Shown piece by piece: positions 8,409 to 16,252 of a stretch of DNA of 20,157 nt. Each line of letters opens with the position of its first letter. Within the stretch, counting starts at the first letter, position 1. The stretch is taken from the NCBI GenBank assembly GCA_965612795.1, contig CBFDTI010000019.1:1-20157 (forward strand), in the 5' to 3' direction. The DNA is from an uncultured bacterium (lineage in GTDB: Bacteria > Hydrothermota > UBA3073 > NMUJ01). The position numbers were made by a program, and so were the translations under genes. Below the pieces are notes generated by a model that saw only the letters and a list, made by a program, of their open reading frames with translations, did not search any database and was not told where the DNA came from.

Positions 8409-8801
8409 TCAGAATCTGTAACTTATCTGTATACCGATATGAGTCTGTTCCTCAAACTTCCAGAAGTTAGCACTCACATACGCATCTGTAAGCGAAAAAA
8501 GCCACACAAGTGTAAACCACCAGAAGCAATCATAAAAGGTGGATTCCGCATCAAGGTAATATAAGCCCTGTGATTTGAGGTTACGATATTCAAGATAATA
8601 GTAGAGCGAGGCACCTCCCAAAGCTAATTTTATACCACCAATAAGCACACCTTTCTTGTAATTACGGAGGTAGAAGCTTGCCCCTCCAGGAATGAATGCC
8701 TCAAGTAACACAGCTTTTATGGGTGATTTCACCTCCGTCTGTGGGGGCTCAGGTGATAGGGGAGAGGCAACAACCGTAACAACTAATAAGATAGTGGTCA
8801 T
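8409..8801 (-). CDS. Hypothetical membrane protein, DUF5683-like
   Basis: KSPIKAVLLEAFIPGGASFY...KKG and SLTDAYVSA motifs; ATGA overlap with the peptidase gene. Confidence 0.65.
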   Translation of the reverse strand: MTTILLVVTVVASPLSPEPPQTEVKSPIKAVLLEAFIPGGASFYLRNYKKGVLIGGIKLALGGASLYYYLEYRNLKSQGLYYLDAESTFYDCFWWFTLVWLFSLTDAYVSANFWKFEEQTHIGIQISYRF

Positions 8802-9910
8802 CCACGTACAATTTCGAGCAACAACCGCGTACCGTCGGCAAGTTCATCAACCGTTATCTCCTCGTCCGTGGTGTGTAGGTTTCTACCACCTATACCTACC
8901 ATAACTGTCGGTATACCATGTTCACTGAATATGTTGGCATCAGAACCACCACCTCCAACCTTTGGGGTTATCTCTTTGCCGAGCCGTTTACCAGCCTCTA
9001 TGACGCGTCTCACAACGGGTGTGGTTTCATCCCAGTAAAACGCGGTATAGGAGCGATGTACCTCCTCTTTAACCTGAGGGTAACACCATGTACCTTTTAT
9101 CTGTTTACCCTTGGCTGCTGTCCAGAACGCCTCCAATATCTTATTAGTGTAGAATTCGAGCTTACGTTCGTTATGGCTACGTACTTCCATACGGACTTCA
9201 ACCTCATCCGGCACTATGTTTGTAGCCCGACCACCTTTTATTACACCCACATTGGCGGTGGTCTCAAAATCTATACGCCCCCAGTTGAACGAATCTATAG
9301 CTTTAGATGCTATGACGATTGCGTTGATACCTTCTTCAGGTGCACCACCCGCATGTGCACTTTTACCCTTTATCTTAACCGTTATGGTGTTCTGCGATGG
9401 TGCACCCACCACCAGTGGATACGTACCATCTACCGCGTAACCGAGCTTAGCGTTGATTAATGAATAATCGAGATTCTTCGCCCCATACAGGCCTATCTCT
9501 TCAGCTATCGTAAATACAATGTTAAGCGGCGGATGTGGTATCGCCTGCTCTTTCAGCACATGTAACACCTCCAATATAGCTGCTACACCAGCCTTGTCGT
9601 CAGCCCCAAGTATGGTGTTACCCTTGCTACGGATCACATTATCCTGGATAACGGGTTCCACTCCCTTGCCGGGTTTGACTGTATCTACATGTGCATTAAG
9701 TAAGATTGGGTCACCTTCACCATCTACGTATGCGATGAGGTTGTTAGCATTGCTACCAATTTTTTCACCTGCATTATCTTCTTTGTAAGGTATACCCAAG
9801 TTATTGAGTATAGTTTTGATTTTCTCCAACACCTCACGCTCATCAAGTGATTCGCTCCCCGTACGTACGAGCTCCAGAAATGTGTTGAGCAACCTGTCTC
9901 TATTGATCAT
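8798..9910 (-). CDS. M20 family metallopeptidase, peptidase T-like (YqjE-type)
   Basis: [39 protein letters not shown]. Confidence 0.92.
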   Translation of the reverse strand: MINRDRLLNTFLELVRTGSESLDEREVLEKIKTILNNLGIPYKEDNAGEKIGSNANNLIAYVDGEGDPILLNAHVDTVKPGKGVEPVIQDNVIRSKGNTILGADDKAGVAAILEVLHVLKEQAIPHPPLNIVFTIAEEIGLYGAKNLDYSLINAKLGYAVDGTYPLVVGAPSQNTITVKIKGKSAHAGGAPEEGINAIVIASKAIDSFNWGRIDFETTANVGVIKGGRATNIVPDEVEVRMEVRSHNERKLEFYTNKILEAFWTAAKGKQIKGTWCYPQVKEEVHRSYTAFYWDETTPVVRRVIEAGKRLGKEITPKVGGGGSDANIFSEHGIPTVMVGIGGRNLHTTDEEITVDELADGTRLLLEIVRG

Positions 9911-10353
9911 TTGGTGGGTTCCACCAGAAACAGCTCCTGCCCGTACTCAACAGGTTGTGCGTTCTCCACCAGTACCTTCACGATTTTACCTGATACACCA
10001 GCTTCTATTTCGTTCATCACCTTCATCGCTTCAATTATACAGACGATAGTCTTAGGGGTTACCTCATCACCCACATCCACGAAGGGAGGTGCACCAGGTG
10101 CAGGAGCACGATAGAATGTACCCACAAGCGGCGCCTTTATCGCTATGTAGCGGTCTTCCTCTTTCTCTTTCTCCTCAGCTTCTTCTTTCTGCTCTTCTTT
10201 CTTAGCTTCAGGTAGTATCGCTGGTAGCATCTGATGCGCTAACCCCGTATACTTGGAGAGCTTCACACGTCCAAATATACCACGTATCTCTATCTCCTGT
10301 ATCTGATGCTCCTCCATAAGTTTAATAAGACCACGTATAAGACGCCACCTCAA
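9907..10353 (-). CDS. accB: Acetyl-CoA carboxylase biotin carboxyl carrier protein
   Basis: [22 protein letters not shown] (biotinylated Lys), VEYGQELF. Confidence 0.95.
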   Translation of the reverse strand: MRWRLIRGLIKLMEEHQIQEIEIRGIFGRVKLSKYTGLAHQMLPAILPEAKKEEQKEEAEEKEKEEDRYIAIKAPLVGTFYRAPAPGAPPFVDVGDEVTPKTIVCIIEAMKVMNEIEAGVSGKIVKVLVENAQPVEYGQELFLVEPTK

Positions 10354-10655
10354 TGTGCCTCCTCGCTTTCAGTAAACCCTATACGCTTTTCCTTAGGATG
10401 GAGCTTGATTTCACCAAACTTATTCTCGTACTTGGAGATATTCTCCTTAAGCACCTCTAATAACTGCTTGGCATGCTGTGGTGTCAATATTATCCTTGCA
10501 TAAACCTTAGCCTTCTGTAACCCTGGTAGGAGGCGGCTGAAATCGATCACAAACTCCGACGGTGAATGCGACACAAGGAAGAAATTTGAATAAGTACCTT
10601 CAGCCTTATCCGAAGGTAGCTCAATCTCTATTCGACGCTCAACTTTATTACCCAT
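10350..10655 (-). CDS. DUF3467 domain protein
   Basis: IELP...AEGTYSN...[11 protein letters not shown]...[11 protein letters not shown]...YENKFGEI. Confidence 0.88.
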   Translation of the reverse strand: MGNKVERRIEIELPSDKAEGTYSNFFLVSHSPSEFVIDFSRLLPGLQKAKVYARIILTPQHAKQLLEVLKENISKYENKFGEIKLHPKEKRIGFTESEEAH

Positions 10656-10665
10656 GACCAAGTTT

Positions 10666-10692
10666 AAAATATGTGGTTGATAAAATTGTCAA
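10666..10692 (-). promoter_or_regulatory. Putative promoter TTGACA-N15-TATTTT for the DUF3467-accB operon
   Basis: Reverse strand reads ttgaca attttatcaaccaca tatttt aaacttggtc ATG. Confidence 0.55.
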
Positions 10693-10717
10693 TCAAATTA
10701 TTTTGAATTGTTGGATA

Positions 10718-10744
10718 TTGACTAAATTTTAGATGTAGTAACTT
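10718..10744 (+). promoter_or_regulatory. Putative promoter TTGACT-N15-TAACTT for tRNA-Val
   Basis: 22 nt upstream of the tRNA 5' end; AT-rich upstream region. Confidence 0.55.
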
Positions 10745-10766
10745 TAATAACTGAGAGATGGTGGAT

Positions 10767-10840
10767 GGGCAGATAGCTCAGCAGGTAAGAGCGCCGGTCT
10801 CACATGCCGGAGGTCGGAGGTTCGAATCCTCCTCTGCCCA
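10767..10840 (+). tRNA. tRNA-Val(CAC), CCA not encoded
   Basis: Acceptor GGGCAGA/TCTGCCC + A73; anticodon arm CCGGT-CTCACAT-GCCGG; T-loop TTCGAAT. Confidence 0.96.
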
Positions 10841-10854
10841 TCCGTTTATGTCGA

Positions 10855-11562
10855 ATGAAGGAGGACTTGTTTAATCTGCTTGCTTTACAAGAAATAGACG
10901 ACGCAATAAGGGGGCTCCAACATTCCATTGAATCATTACCAGAAGTTATTAAACAGAAGGAACGTAACGTGGAGGAGAAGGAACGTTTGCTCGATGAGAA
11001 GCGTGCCAACCTGAAGGAAGTGCTGAAGCTTGAGCGTTCGAAAGAACGTGAGATTGACGAGATCCGCGATAGGATTGCAAAACATGAACGTCAGCGCCTG
11101 GAGGCCAAAACTAACATCGAGTATCAGACGTTGACACATGAGATCGAAGTCGAGAAGGCGAAGATACTCGAAATAGAAGAGGATCTCAAACTCGTATGGG
11201 AGCGTATGGATGCACTCGAACGTGAGATCAAAGAGCTTGAAGCCGAAGCCGCTAACGCCAAGAATATGTTGGAACAAGAGAAGATGCAACTGCTTGCTAA
11301 ACGGAAGGAATGGGAAGATGAACTCGATAAGCTTAAAGATAAGCGCAAACGGTTGCTACCTCATATACCTGAGCTATTGCTACAGCGATACGAAAGGATA
11401 CGAAAAAACAAAGGCGGTAAGGGGGTGGCACTCGTAAAAGATAACGTATGTACTGCATGTGGTGCGGAGGTACCTCCGTATAAAATAGCGATACTGAAAA
11501 GTTATCGCGAAATACTTACCTGCGAGTCCTGTGGGAGGATACTCATATGGAAAGAAGATTAG
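10855..11562 (+). CDS. Coiled-coil protein with C-terminal C4-type zinc ribbon (DUF164 / CT398 / HP0958 family)
   Basis: LLALQEIDD start, long EK-rich coiled coil, YERIR...GVA...CTAC...CESCGRIL. ATG 10855 avoids overlap with the tRNA. Confidence 0.9.
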   Translation: MKEDLFNLLALQEIDDAIRGLQHSIESLPEVIKQKERNVEEKERLLDEKRANLKEVLKLERSKEREIDEIRDRIAKHERQRLEAKTNIEYQTLTHEIEVEKAKILEIEEDLKLVWERMDALEREIKELEAEAANAKNMLEQEKMQLLAKRKEWEDELDKLKDKRKRLLPHIPELLLQRYERIRKNKGGKGVALVKDNVCTACGAEVPPYKIAILKSYREILTCESCGRILIWKED

Positions 11563-11563
11563 A

Positions 11564-11636
11564 TGGGCCCGGGAGGACTCGAACCTCCGACCCGCTGATT
11601 ATGAGTCAGCCGCTCTACCAACTGAGCTACGGGCCC
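11564..11636 (-). tRNA. tRNA with CAT anticodon, most likely tRNA-Ile2 (lysidine); CCA not encoded
   Basis: Reverse strand GGGCCCGTAGCTCAGTTGGTAGAGCGGCTGACTCATAATCAGCGGGTCGGAGGTTCGAGTCCTCCCGGGCCCA. A G1-C72 pair excludes the initiator; C4-G69 and C5-G68 fit Ile2. Confidence 0.92.
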
Positions 11637-11648
11637 AATCGGCTATAT

Positions 11649-11676
11649 AAAATAAAGGTGGGGTGGAGGTTGTCAA
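11649..11676 (-). promoter_or_regulatory. Putative promoter TTGACA-N16-TATTTT for tRNA-Ile2
   Basis: Reverse strand ttgaca acctccaccccacctt tatttt, 12 nt before the tRNA. Confidence 0.55.
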
Positions 11677-11685
11677 GAGGTTAAG

Positions 11686-12657
11686 ATGGCAAAGTATCTC
11701 GACTTTGAAGAACCAATCGTAAAAATAGAAAACCGTATCAAAGAGCTGGAACTTATAAAGGATGAAGCTGGTGTACAGGAGGAGCTCGACCGGCTGAGGG
11801 CTGAACTGCAACGCCTTTATCGCGAGATTTACGCATCACTTACACCATGGCAACGTGTGATGCTGGCAAGACATCCTGACCGTCCATACACGCTCGATTA
11901 TATCAAGTTGATGGCTGAGGATTTCATAGAATTGCATGGTGATAGGAGGTTTGGTGACGACCCGGCCGTGATAACTGGGCTTGCAATAATAGATGGTGAA
12001 AAAATAATCCTTGTGGGTCAAGAAAAGGGGCGTACCACACGCGATAAAATAGTGCGTAACTTCGGTATGATGCATCCAGAAGGTTACCGTAAAGCGTTAA
12101 GAGTGATGAAGTTGGGTGAGAAGTTTCACCGTCCAGTTCTGACACTTATCGATACACCTGGTGCATACCCTGGCATAGGGGCTGAGGAACGTGGCCAGGC
12201 AGAAGCTATAGCTTACAACCTACGTGAGATGGCTTCATTACGTACACCGATAGTGGCAGTCGTTACAGGTGAGGGTGGTAGCGGTGGCGCACTCGGTATA
12301 GGGATCGCAGATAGAGTGTACATGCTGGAAAATGCATTCTACTCAGTTATATCGCCAGAGGGATGCGCTGCTATACTCTGGCGAGATGCAGCTAAGGCAC
12401 CCGAGGCAGCAGCTGCATTGAAGATTACCGCACAGGATCTGCTTGAGTTGGGAGTAATAGATGGTATAATACCGGAACCACTCGGTGGTGCACACCGTAA
12501 CCCCAAGGAGACAGCCGATAACATCAAAAAGGTGGTGCTCGATGCATTTCGTGAACTCAAAAAGCTACCACCCGACGAACTCGTACGAAAGAGACGCGAA
12601 AAGTACCAACGTATGGGCGTTATAAAGATAGAAGATATACAACCCACCCAAAACTAA
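11686..12657 (+). CDS. accA: Acetyl-CoA carboxylase carboxyltransferase alpha subunit
   Basis: YLDFEEPI, ARHPDRP, ELHGDR, DTPGAYPGIGAEERGQ, GEGGSGGAL, YSVISPEGCA, IPEPLGGAH. Confidence 0.97.
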   Translation: MAKYLDFEEPIVKIENRIKELELIKDEAGVQEELDRLRAELQRLYREIYASLTPWQRVMLARHPDRPYTLDYIKLMAEDFIELHGDRRFGDDPAVITGLAIIDGEKIILVGQEKGRTTRDKIVRNFGMMHPEGYRKALRVMKLGEKFHRPVLTLIDTPGAYPGIGAEERGQAEAIAYNLREMASLRTPIVAVVTGEGGSGGALGIGIADRVYMLENAFYSVISPEGCAAILWRDAAKAPEAAAALKITAQDLLELGVIDGIIPEPLGGAHRNPKETADNIKKVVLDAFRELKKLPPDELVRKRREKYQRMGVIKIEDIQPTQN

Positions 12658-12777
12658 TCCCCATGATAAAACATAACCCGCTAGTCCACCGTATCATTAT
12701 ACAATTTGATAACCCCATAACCACCATGCTAACCAACCAACCCTATCAAGTTTACATAAGATTTATTATCAGACATC

Positions 12778-13929
12778 ATGGAGTATGATTTTCTGTTTGT
12801 GAGCAACTCGTATGGTGAGGATCGTTCTGCTGCGTTGATTGCTTGTGAGTTACGTAAGATGTTGCCCAACCTCAGGATTATAGGTGCTTCGCTTCTGAGC
12901 AAGGGTGAAGCTTACGAGCGTGTCGGTTTACCTGTCGTAAAGGGTACGGTACCGCCGTCGGGTGGCTTTCTGACTTCGGTTTCGGCTGTTTTGAGGGACT
13001 TGCCGTACATTTTTCATCCCCTAGCTTTCTTCTATAAACTACAGAAGATAAAGGCTAAGGTAGTTGTAGTGGTTGGTGATACCCCACTTTCACTTTTGAC
13101 TTATTTCGCACAACGCTACAAACCGCTCTACATATTGAACCAGGCCAAATCCTACTACCAAGACCACCACAGTTATGGCAAGATCGAGAAACAGATACTA
13201 CGTCGGATTGCGAAGGTAATCTTCACCCACGATGCCTATACCGCAAGAGTATTACGTAGTGAAGGTCTAAACGCTTTATTTGTAGGCAACCCTATGATGG
13301 ATGGGCTTATCCCCCACTTCGCCTCCCCCCCATTTCCGCGTCCTTACATTGCGCTACTACCTGGGAGTCGTGACGAAGCGCATTACAATCTCATAAAGAT
13401 TTCACGCCTATTCCCGTATCTTAACCAGAAGTTCATCAACCTCAAGGGTCTCGTACCGCTTTCACCTACACTCGACAAGGATAGGTTACGTGACCTGTTT
13501 CGTAAGAATGGTTGGACCTGGCAGGATATCAAATCACCCATCCCGTACTCGTTGGTCTCCAAGCACAAATCCGAGCTACGGTTGTTGGATGACTACTTCC
13601 CGGACATCATCAAATATTCGGAGCTTGTTGTAGCACTTGCGGGTACTGCCACCGAACAGGCTGCTGGTATGGGCAAACCGATTGTCAGTTTCGTAGGTAC
13701 TGGACCTCAAACCACACGTGGCAGGTTACTAAAGCAAGAGCGTTTACTTCAGGGCGCCATGCGCGTATGTGAATACCCGATAGGTGTGCTTAGGGAGATC
13801 GAATTTCTACTGACCCATCCGGAGGAACGTATCGCACGTGGTCAAAAAGGTCGTGAAGTGATGGGTTCCCCCGGTGGTGCCAGAAACATAGCCCGTTATC
13901 TGATCAGATCTACAAGGAATAAGTTATAA
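12778..13929 (+). CDS. Lipid-A-disaccharide synthase-related GT-B glycosyltransferase (TIGR03492-like)
   Basis: VSNSYGED, PSGGF, VVGD, FVGNPMMD, LLPGSR, AGTATEQAAGMGKP, GPQ. Confidence 0.85.
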   Translation: MEYDFLFVSNSYGEDRSAALIACELRKMLPNLRIIGASLLSKGEAYERVGLPVVKGTVPPSGGFLTSVSAVLRDLPYIFHPLAFFYKLQKIKAKVVVVVGDTPLSLLTYFAQRYKPLYILNQAKSYYQDHHSYGKIEKQILRRIAKVIFTHDAYTARVLRSEGLNALFVGNPMMDGLIPHFASPPFPRPYIALLPGSRDEAHYNLIKISRLFPYLNQKFINLKGLVPLSPTLDKDRLRDLFRKNGWTWQDIKSPIPYSLVSKHKSELRLLDDYFPDIIKYSELVVALAGTATEQAAGMGKPIVSFVGTGPQTTRGRLLKQERLLQGAMRVCEYPIGVLREIEFLLTHPEERIARGQKGREVMGSPGGARNIARYLIRSTRNKL

Positions 13930-15043
13930 GCCTGGGTGTAAAGTACGCTTTGCCATCGATTGTGATGAAGTTAAGTGCACGTTTAGCGTTTATCCCCAAC
14001 GTACGTAACTCTTCCGGATACCTGAACCTATGTACTTTACGGTATTCTAATATTCTGCGTGCACCGACACGCCCTATCCCCGGTACCCTTATCAGCATCT
14101 CATAAGGTGCACGGTTTATCTCCACAGGAAACAGTTCCGGATGTTTAAGTGCCCATCCCAACTTAGGGTCCACTCCATACGGTAGGTTACCATTTTTATC
14201 GAACGGCAGCTCATCGTGTCTAAATCCGTATTTCTTCACCAACATATCCGCTTGGTATAGTCGCACCTCTCGCCACCATGGTGCCGGTGATACATTTTCC
14301 AAGGGTGTATCAATAATAGGTGTGAACCCACTGTAATAAACTCTCGACAACTTCAACCCCCTATAAAGGTGTTCCGTCAACCTAAGTATATCTCTATCAT
14401 TTTCGTTTGCTGGCCCCACCACCAGCTGCGTAATCGCGCCCGCACGTAAATTGAATTTTCGTGTCACCTCACTCACCAGCTTCAACCTCTTATAAAGTTC
14501 GTACCAGTTTTTATCCTCTGACAACCGTGTCAGATAATCGCCGCTGGGTGCCTCCAGGTTTATCGACAATCGGTCAGCCCATTTAGCTGTCTCCTCTATC
14601 AGTTCATAACTTACGCCTGGCAATATCTTCGCATGTATGTAACCTTTATAGTTGAACTCACGTCTCAGTATACGTAATGTTTCGATGATCATCTCCTGCG
14701 CACGATCGGGTGACTTAAACACTGCCGATGATAGAAATAACCCTTGTACCTCCCCCCTACGGTAATATTCCATGAATATGCTTGCAAGCTCCTTTGGCTT
14801 AAAATATAGGCGTGGGATGTTCCTGTCCTTTCTGATCGCACAATACCTGCAGTTGTTTTCACACATGTTGGTTTGTAAAACCTTAAATAACTTGACCACA
14901 CAGCCACTCTTACCGACTGCTGGATATATGAATGAAAATCTTAATGGCGTCTTCGCCGACCTCAAATCGAGTATACTACCTGAAAGATCGTAACGTGCCT
15001 CGTTACCGAGATGACTTAACTTAAACGATAATCTTTCACGCAT
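13910..15043 (-). CDS. Radical SAM protein with C-terminal helix-hairpin-helix (putative DNA modification/repair family, TIGR03916-like)
   Basis: TNMCENNCRYC, GLFLSS, YIHAKILPG, DRLSINLE, RVYYSGF, RLYQAD, DPKLGWAL...FPVEINRA...RVPGIG. Confidence 0.9.
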   Translation of the reverse strand: MRERLSFKLSHLGNEARYDLSGSILDLRSAKTPLRFSFIYPAVGKSGCVVKLFKVLQTNMCENNCRYCAIRKDRNIPRLYFKPKELASIFMEYYRRGEVQGLFLSSAVFKSPDRAQEMIIETLRILRREFNYKGYIHAKILPGVSYELIEETAKWADRLSINLEAPSGDYLTRLSEDKNWYELYKRLKLVSEVTRKFNLRAGAITQLVVGPANENDRDILRLTEHLYRGLKLSRVYYSGFTPIIDTPLENVSPAPWWREVRLYQADMLVKKYGFRHDELPFDKNGNLPYGVDPKLGWALKHPELFPVEINRAPYEMLIRVPGIGRVGARRILEYRKVHRFRYPEELRTLGINAKRALNFITIDGKAYFTPRLITYSL

Positions 15044-15750
15044 ACATAAGCTTGTTTGACTATATCCTCGGGTAGATCTACCTCTTCTATGGAGAATCCA
15101 TGGTTATTCAACACTTCCTTAAAGGCATCCACAATCTCGGTCATCTCCACCTTACGTTCAGCCAACGTATTTATTGCCCAACATGGAAAATCCGGATCGT
15201 CCATCACCTTACGTGGGTCGACTGCTGGTGGGTCGACCAACAACGATCCCTGTGCCAGTATATTTTTATCACCGCGCCTCTGTGCGCTACCCAGTATTTT
15301 CTTACCCTTGAATGTTAGCTCATACTGCGATATTGATGCAAAGCATGAGAAGTGTCGTCCTGCTCCACGCCTGCTATTTTCGAACTTTACATCCAACCCC
15401 AGTTTCTTAAGTGTTAGTAAAAACATTGACCCAATCCTCTGGTACACTGCGATGGGTGAGCCACCCCAAAACCTATCGTAACGCGGCACCACTAGACTAT
15501 ATGTAAGGTCACCCGAATGGAACACAGCACGTCCACCTGTGGGCCGTCTCACCACATCTATACCATAATTTTTGATCCTATTCAAATCTATATTGTCCAA
15601 CTTCTGGTTATACCCAACCGTTATCGCTATGGGGTCAAACCTATAAAAACGTAACCATATACCTTCACCCCTACGCCAGAGCAGTTCATCCACCGCCATA
15701 TGGAAGTAACCGCTACCCCGCCAGGGACGGGGTACCAGGTTAACCTTCAT
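15016..15750 (-). CDS. Lipoate-protein ligase / octanoyltransferase (LipM-like, catalytic domain only)
   Basis: MAVDE, RFY, VVRRPTGGRAVFH, DLTYS, CF, KKILGSAQRR. Confidence 0.9.
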   Translation of the reverse strand: MKVNLVPRPWRGSGYFHMAVDELLWRRGEGIWLRFYRFDPIAITVGYNQKLDNIDLNRIKNYGIDVVRRPTGGRAVFHSGDLTYSLVVPRYDRFWGGSPIAVYQRIGSMFLLTLKKLGLDVKFENSRRGAGRHFSCFASISQYELTFKGKKILGSAQRRGDKNILAQGSLLVDPPAVDPRKVMDDPDFPCWAINTLAERKVEMTEIVDAFKEVLNNHGFSIEEVDLPEDIVKQAYVCVKDYRLS

Positions 15751-16252
15751 CCCTTATCTGGGCGAGTAGATCGCGTCGTATGAGGTTGAAGAAGAAGTCG
15801 TACTTCTGATAGTCTATATAGGTCCAGCGGAATGGTTTGAACCCACCCCCTGAGTACAGCATGGTCAGTTCCACGAATATCCCCTTACCCATGTATATTC
15901 TATGGGGTGCACGTTTAGTGCTGGCGAGCACCAGCTGTGTCTCTGTCACGTAACCCGGATCTATATTTACCTGGCGTTTGCCAGGCTCTTTCGCCATACG
16001 CTGTTCGAGTTCTATCGCTTTGAGCTTCAACTCAGGTAAATCCGCGGGATTGATCAATGTCTTGAAGCTTACCCATTGTCGATGGAGAGGTGCACCCATC
16101 TCCTTCTCGTAGTAATCACTGAAATCAAACGGTATGAGCTCCGTCTTACGTTCAACAGGCCCCCAGATCTCGATCAGCTTCTCCACGGTTTGGTTTAAAA
16201 TAGCTTCATCTTTTCCTATCAGGCCTACGAATAATTTGGCTTTTGGTTCCAT
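15740..16252 (-). CDS. DUF4416 family protein
   Basis: FDFSDYYEKEMG, R-x-VNIDPGY, LVLASTK...HRIY, WTY-x-DY. Confidence 0.88.
   Translation of the reverse strand: MEPKAKLFVGLIGKDEAILNQTVEKLIEIWGPVERKTELIPFDFSDYYEKEMGAPLHRQWVSFKTLINPADLPELKLKAIELEQRMAKEPGKRQVNIDPGYVTETQLVLASTKRAPHRIYMGKGIFVELTMLYSGGGFKPFRWTYIDYQKYDFFFNLIRRDLLAQIRDEG

Noticed and set aside
8918..9460. 180-aa plus-strand ORF and the other antisense or off-frame ORFs in the track
   Set aside because: They are shadows of well-supported genes, with no RBS or family motifs.
10804..10854. ORF-track start of the zinc-ribbon protein
   Set aside because: It lies inside tRNA-Val; the family-like N-terminus starts at 10855.
10767..11636. 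Integrative element or att-site duplication at the tRNAs
   Set aside because: Both tRNAs are complete and inverted rather than direct repeats, no integrase is present, and the cargo is a conserved housekeeping-type gene.
11564..11636. tRNA-fMet or elongator tRNA-Met call
   Set aside because: There is no C1:A72 mismatch or GGG/CCC anticodon stem. The acceptor pairs favour Ile2, although elongator Met is not fully excluded.
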